From a virus: a stretch of 42,647 nucleotides of DNA. The notes under the pieces are model-generated. The model had not been told where the DNA came from. It made no database searches and saw nothing but the letters and a program-made list of their open reading frames with translations. The DNA is taken from the IMG/VR virus record IMGVR_UViG_3300029928_000020, positions 1-42,647 of that record, one strand, 5' to 3'. Every line of letters begins with the position of its first letter. Position 1 is the first letter of the stretch. Below, one piece after another: positions 38,859 to 42,647 of this stretch. A program made the translations under genes and the position numbers.

Positions 38859-39449
38859 ATGGACAAAAATTGCGTAAACTGCACCCATCCGGGCCGTGAC
38901 TGTATCCCATACCTGATGACCTTTACCAATGCCGAACTGCTGGAATGGGCGAAAATGCGGCGCGTGGCCCTGCATCTGTCCTACGAGGAATTATCGGAAA
39001 AGTCAGGCGTACCCCTAAGCACCATTGAACGAATGATGAGCCGGAAAGGAACGGATTGCCGCTTTGGCACCGCCCAGCCGGTGATCCGGGTGCTGTCAGG
39101 GTGCAGCGCGGAAGAGCTGGACTGCGAAAGCGTCAAGCAGCCGGACGAGGTGCTGGAAGAACAGCTAAAGGCCAAGGAAGAGATCATCCGGCACTTGGAG
39201 GAAGAAAACCAGCGGAAAAACGGCGTGATCGACCACCTGCACGCCACGGCGAAGGAAGACATAGAACGGGCCAAAGACGAAGAAAGCGAAAGCATTGCCT
39301 ACATGAAGAAAAAAGAAAAAAGCTATCTGCGGTTGATCTGCACTTTGTCCATTGCGCTGTCGGTTACGCTTGTCGTTATCATTGCGGCGCTGGTGATGGA
39401 TATGATGAACCCGGATAAAGGCTTTTTCTGGCTACGGAGTATGCTATAG
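38859..39449 (+). CDS. Membrane-anchored HTH protein (Cys-rich N-term, HTH, coiled coil, C-terminal TM)
   Basis: CVNCTHPGRDC; LSYEELSEKSGVPLSTIERMMSRKG; EEQLKAKEEIIRHLEEENQRK; TM LICTLSIALSVTLVVIIAALVM; AGGAGG RBS. Confidence 0.75.
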   Translation: MDKNCVNCTHPGRDCIPYLMTFTNAELLEWAKMRRVALHLSYEELSEKSGVPLSTIERMMSRKGTDCRFGTAQPVIRVLSGCSAEELDCESVKQPDEVLEEQLKAKEEIIRHLEEENQRKNGVIDHLHATAKEDIERAKDEESESIAYMKKKEKSYLRLICTLSIALSVTLVVIIAALVMDMMNPDKGFFWLRSML

Positions 39450-39487
39450 CAACACGAAAAACGGAGGAACAAAGGGAGAGAAAACAC

Positions 39488-40933
39488 ATGGAAACAGGGA
39501 AATTTATGGGCGGAGAAAACTATATCGAAGAGGTGGCGGCCTATATCCGCGTATCCACGCAGGAACAAAAGCTGCACGGAATCTCACTGGAAGCACAGGT
39601 CGAGAAACTGACCGAGTATGCTCAGAATCACGGAATGAAAATTGTCAAATTCTACAAAGACGAAGGGGTTTCCGGGCGAAAACTCATCAAAAACCGGCCC
39701 GCTTTGCAGGAAATGATACAGGATGCCGAAAAAGGGAAATTCAAACGGATCATCTTTATCAAGCTGGACAGGTTCTTCCGCTCCGTGGCGGAATACCACG
39801 AATGCATGAAGCGCCTGTCCGTCGGCGGCGTGATCTGGACGGCCACGGAAGAAAAGTACGACCTTTCAACGCCAAGTGGGGAAGCGTTCGTCAACATGAA
39901 GCTGACCATGGCGCAGTTTGAAGCCGATCAGGCCGGGGAGCGTATCCGCATGGTCAACGAGTACAAGATCAAGTCAGGGCAGCCGCTTTACGGCTCCCAA
40001 TGCCTGCCGTTTTGCTATGCCGTCGGCTGCCCCGAAGAGGGAGAACGACACAAGTATATCGGCAAGCGGGACGAAGAAATCATGCGGGACTTGATCGACT
40101 ATGTGATGAAAAATCACTCCGTCCGCGCCGGGATGAACTATATCAACCAGAAATACAACAGAAATTTCCTGTATAACGCCGTCATGAATGCATTGAAGAA
40201 CGAAATGATCTGCGGCACGTACAAGGGAAATCCGAACTACTGCGAACCGTATATCACGAGGGAAGAGTTTAACCAGCTGCAAAAGATCATTTCCCGCAAC
40301 CCGCGCACGACGGAGAAGCGGACGTATCTTTTCACTGGCCTGATCCGCTGCCCACGCTGCGGTTACCGGCTGTCCGGCGGCCAGTACTACACTTATTCTC
40401 GCCCCAACAAGGAGACCGGGAAACGCGAAAAAAGAAGGGGCTACCTTGCGTATAAATGCGGACGGTCACGTGTCAACAACCAATGTGATTTTAACAATAT
40501 CGTGCAGGAGCAGCGGCTTGAAAAAATGCTCTTGGAGCAGCTTGACGACATCATCGCAGGCAAAAAACTGCAGGCGATCAGCGTCAAGTCCGCCGGGAAA
40601 AAGGTCTCCAAGCATGACGTGGAGGCACTGACCGCCGAACTGGACAGGCTTAACTATGCTTGGCAAAAAGGCCGAATCAAAAGTGTGGAAGAGTACGACA
40701 AAAGCTACGACGACCTGATGGAGAAAATCCACGCTGCCGAAAACGAGCAGGCCGAATTGAACCAAGAGCCGGACTACGAGAAAATACAGGCGGTCTTGTC
40801 CAACGGCTGGCAGGAAATCTACAAAGAGCTGGACGGCGAACACAAGCGGGCCTTCTGGCGGTCGTTTATCGAGGAAATTCAAGTGGTCTGGTCGAAGGAT
40901 AAAAAGGAGATCAAGGACATCATATTTTTTTGA
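39488..40933 (+). CDS. int: Large serine recombinase (integrase)
   Basis: VAAYIRVSTQEQ (catalytic Ser), resolvase + recombinase domains, Zn ribbon CPRCGYRL...YKCGRS...C, C-terminal coiled coil. Confidence 0.9.
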   Translation: METGKFMGGENYIEEVAAYIRVSTQEQKLHGISLEAQVEKLTEYAQNHGMKIVKFYKDEGVSGRKLIKNRPALQEMIQDAEKGKFKRIIFIKLDRFFRSVAEYHECMKRLSVGGVIWTATEEKYDLSTPSGEAFVNMKLTMAQFEADQAGERIRMVNEYKIKSGQPLYGSQCLPFCYAVGCPEEGERHKYIGKRDEEIMRDLIDYVMKNHSVRAGMNYINQKYNRNFLYNAVMNALKNEMICGTYKGNPNYCEPYITREEFNQLQKIISRNPRTTEKRTYLFTGLIRCPRCGYRLSGGQYYTYSRPNKETGKREKRRGYLAYKCGRSRVNNQCDFNNIVQEQRLEKMLLEQLDDIIAGKKLQAISVKSAGKKVSKHDVEALTAELDRLNYAWQKGRIKSVEEYDKSYDDLMEKIHAAENEQAELNQEPDYEKIQAVLSNGWQEIYKELDGEHKRAFWRSFIEEIQVVWSKDKKEIKDIIFF

Positions 40934-40941
40934 AATTGTAG

Positions 40942-40985
40942 TTGTACATAATTTCTGTACCGAACGGCGCAGAAATTAAATACAA
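40942..40985. other. Candidate attP core: imperfect 16-bp inverted repeat around a 12-bp spacer
   Basis: TTGTACATAATTTCTG-taccgaacggcg-CAGAAATTAAATACAA (14/16 dyad), 9 bp after the integrase stop. Confidence 0.35.
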
Positions 40986-40992
40986 ACAAAAT

Positions 40993-41015
40993 GGCGGCTT
41001 CGGTCGCCGTTTTTC
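40993..41015 (+). terminator. Intrinsic terminator downstream of the integrase
   Basis: ggcggc-ttcg-gtcgcc followed by GTTTTTCTTT. Confidence 0.6.
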
Positions 41016-41050
41016 TTTGAAGAAAATAGTCAGAAAATTCAAAATACTTG

Positions 41051-41079
41051 TTGACAATATACCGCAAGCGGTATATAAT
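41051..41079 (+). promoter_or_regulatory. Consensus sigma70 promoter with a palindromic operator in the spacer
   Basis: TTGACA (41051-56), 17 nt, TATAAT (41074-79); the spacer holds ATATACCGC-AA-GCGGTATAT (41057-41076). Confidence 0.8.
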
Positions 41080-41140
41080 AGTTACGTAATCAAGGAGGGG
41101 CCGCAGGCGGAATAAGCCGCCGGGCATAGGAGATAAAACC

Positions 41141-41578
41141 ATGAAGTACGAAGTCGAAGTCGGCATCAATTACACCACCATCCCACAGGGCCACCGCCCC
41201 AGCACCTACAAATGCTACAGCGCCGCTGAGTGTGAGATCGTCGGCGGCTACGGCATCAGCACTTCTCAGGACTTCACCCGGGCCATGGTCACGGTGGAGC
41301 TGCCGGACTGGTGCGTTCCCAGCAAGAAATGGCGCTGGAATCTTTCCCGCCCCGGCTTCCACTCCACCAGCGGCAGCGACGATCTCTGCTTCGTTTCCTG
41401 CAATCAGAAGGCGGTAACGGACGAAATGATCTCCCTCGGCTGCCTCAAGCCGGACGGCCAGAAGGCGCTGATCCTGCAGGCCATTGATAGCGGCCTCACC
41501 TTCTGGTTCCCCGGCGAAAACGGCCAGATGGAGCAGAAGCCCCTAAAGCCCCTGTCCATCCGCTGGATCGATAAATAA
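41141..41578 (+). CDS. Hypothetical protein (145 aa), first gene of the plus-strand accessory operon
   Basis: AGGAGA RBS; no recognisable motif; Cys/Trp-containing globular sequence. Confidence 0.7.
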   Translation: MKYEVEVGINYTTIPQGHRPSTYKCYSAAECEIVGGYGISTSQDFTRAMVTVELPDWCVPSKKWRWNLSRPGFHSTSGSDDLCFVSCNQKAVTDEMISLGCLKPDGQKALILQAIDSGLTFWFPGENGQMEQKPLKPLSIRWIDK

Positions 41579-41585
41579 CGACGCA

Positions 41586-41611
41586 CACCCGCCCCGGAGG
41601 TCACGAGGGCA
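41586..41611. repeat. 26-bp element, inverted copy of 37595..37620
   Basis: cacccgccccggaggtcacgagggca lies immediately 5' of the RBS of the multi-HTH gene. Confidence 0.9.
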
Positions 41612-41623
41612 GGAGGGAAAGCC

Positions 41624-42175
41624 GTGCAGCAAAAAGACGTTCTCGCCACTTACGAGGTCACCAAAAGCATGAAAGAGACTGCCCGAAAATTAAAATTGTC
41701 GCAGCAGACGGTTCGCCGCGTCCTGATCTCCAATGGTATCTATCCATCGGAGCGGACACGGGAAGTCGCCCGCCTGTGCCTGATGGGCATGACCGTGCCG
41801 GAGATCGCCGAATATCTCGGGATATCCCCAAAAACCGTACAGACAAACTTGCCTTATTCGAAGGGCGGCTATGCGACAGGACAGAGAACAATAAATGCTG
41901 AAAGGATCGCTGACTGCCGCATACGGAAAAAATTAGGGCTGCCGCCAGCGAAAAGAGAACAGGCTCCACACAGTAAATATACGGACAACCCGATCAACAA
42001 TGCCAGACTCTCCAAAGGAATGACGCAAAAGAAATTGGCTTCAATAATCGGATGCAGCCCGGGCACCGTCTCTTGTTGGGAACGAGAGGTACAGTCGCCC
42101 AGCCCCCAAAACTTGGAAAAGCTCCGTGATGCGCTCGGCATCGAAGGAAAGGAGGATTCCAATGCCCAGAACTGA
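41624..42175 (+). CDS. Triple-HTH DNA-binding protein (183 aa)
   Basis: GTG start after AGGAGGGA; MKETARKLKLSQQTVRRVLI, GMTVPEIAEYLGISPKTVQTNL (LuxR/r4-like), MTQKKLASIIGCSPGTVSCWERE (XRE). Confidence 0.75.
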   Translation: MQQKDVLATYEVTKSMKETARKLKLSQQTVRRVLISNGIYPSERTREVARLCLMGMTVPEIAEYLGISPKTVQTNLPYSKGGYATGQRTINAERIADCRIRKKLGLPPAKREQAPHSKYTDNPINNARLSKGMTQKKLASIIGCSPGTVSCWEREVQSPSPQNLEKLRDALGIEGKEDSNAQN

Positions 42176-42377
42176 CCCCCGCCCACGCGGGACGAACTCA
42201 CCCATCACAGCGTCCCGCCTCGCCGCCGGTATGACGCAGGCGCAGCTTGCCGCCGCCGTCGGCTGCACCCAGAAGGACGTTTCGCGCTGGGAACGCGGTG
42301 TATATAGCCCCAAAACGGAAACACTTTCAAAAATCGCGCAGGCGCTTGGCTGCACAATGGAAGACCTTCTCCAATAA
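42162..42377 (+). CDS. XRE-family HTH protein (71 aa)
   Basis: AAAGGAGG RBS; MTQAQLAAAVGCTQKDVSRWERGVYSPKTETLSKIAQALG. Confidence 0.8.
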   Translation: MPRTDPRPRGTNSPITASRLAAGMTQAQLAAAVGCTQKDVSRWERGVYSPKTETLSKIAQALGCTMEDLLQ

Positions 42378-42382
42378 AAAAA

Positions 42383-42409
42383 GCGCCGGGGATCACTCCC
42401 CGGCTTTTT
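42383..42409. terminator. Bidirectional intrinsic terminator between convergent operons
   Basis: AAAAAAA-gc-gccgggga-tcac-tccccggc-TTTTT. Confidence 0.75.
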
Positions 42410-42647
42410 CGTGTTCCAAGTCTGCCAGCCTGTGGTTGATCACCTTGATCTGTTCTTCCACTACCGGCATTCTTTGGGCAAAATTGTTGTGCGCCCTCAC
42501 TTCCCGTGTCAGCTCTTTGATCTGCACGTCCGTCACCGCCTGCGACGTTTTGATACTGTTTTCTACCTTGCGGTTGCTGGCCGCGTTGGTGATGATAACC
42601 CCTACAAGGGCCATTCCCCCCGTGATGAGTGCTGCCATGATCGTTTC
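42393..42647 (-). CDS. Small membrane-anchored coiled-coil protein, 3' part (5' end continues at 105..1 across the circular junction)
   Basis: MAALITGGMALVGVIITNAA (TM), then VQIKELTREVRAHNNFAQRMPVVEEQIKVINHRLADLEHEK; last gene of the tail operon. Confidence 0.65.
   Translation of the reverse strand, partial: ETIMAALITGGMALVGVIITNAASNRKVENSIKTSQAVTDVQIKELTREVRAHNNFAQRMPVVEEQIKVINHRLADLEHEKAGE
42549..42647. repeat. Terminal overlap copy 2 (identical to 1..99)
   Basis: Base-by-base comparison with 1..99. Confidence 0.95.

Larger units (their letters stand above)
1..42647. mobile_element. Complete, circularly closed temperate siphovirus-like phage genome (unique length 42548 bp)
   Basis: Full set of terminase, portal, capsid, tail tube, tape measure, lysis, replication, repressor and serine integrase genes; 99-bp identical ends. 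Confidence 0.9.

Noticed and set aside
38646-38975. 109-aa minus-strand ORF across the non-coding region and the start of the HTH-TM gene
   Set aside because: No RBS, overlap with a well-supported plus-strand gene start, and low-complexity composition.

Overview
The window is a complete temperate siphovirus-type phage genome (long non-contractile tail) assembled as a circle. Bases 1-99 are identical to 42549-42647, so the unique length is 42,548 bp. About 90% of the genes are on the minus strand. From high to low coordinates they run as follows. First come the lytic early genes behind a divergent CI/Cro-like switch (37.3-38.5 kb), then micro-ORFs and a chimeric methyltransferase remnant. Next is a recombination module (Gp157, Sak4-like ATPase, DUF669 SSB-like), a free-standing HNH endonuclease, and a replication module (organizer with embedded 10-bp-phased iterons, DnaC-like loader). 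These are followed by nucleotide-metabolism genes (ThyX-like, Gp37/Gp68 DUF5131, MazG, resolvase), late regulators (NrdR-like Zn ribbon, sigma-r4-like activator) and a structured ~270-nt leader. A translationally coupled cassette with an ABC-ATPase::GNAT fusion then precedes terS/terL, portal and a MuF protein with a C-terminal HExxH domain. After that come an AT-rich moron island, holin/endolysin (unusually placed inside the head module), scaffold, capsid, connectors, tail tube and the G/GT chaperones. The tail operon ends with tape measure 1, a plus-strand secreted TPM-domain moron, tape measure 2, tail-tip module A (Dit/Gp37-like/fibres/CBM), tail-tip module B (Dit/Tal/DUF859 fibre) and a small membrane protein that spans the circular junction. 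The plus-strand lysogeny side holds a CI-like repressor, a membrane-anchored HTH protein, a large serine integrase with a candidate attP, and a three-gene operon (unknown protein plus two HTH proteins) driven by a consensus promoter with an embedded palindrome. No rRNA, tRNA, CRISPR array or reverse transcriptase was seen. The most unusual points are: (i) two complete tape-measure/Dit/hub sets in one tail operon; (ii) the ABC-ATPase::GNAT cassette with an A_AAA_AAG shift site upstream of the terminase; (iii) the acr/aca-like operon near attP; (iv) the MuF-HExxH protein with a coupled small acidic ORF; and (v) a 26-bp element shared by the 5' UTRs of two HTH genes. All family assignments come from motif reading by eye. 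No database search was run.
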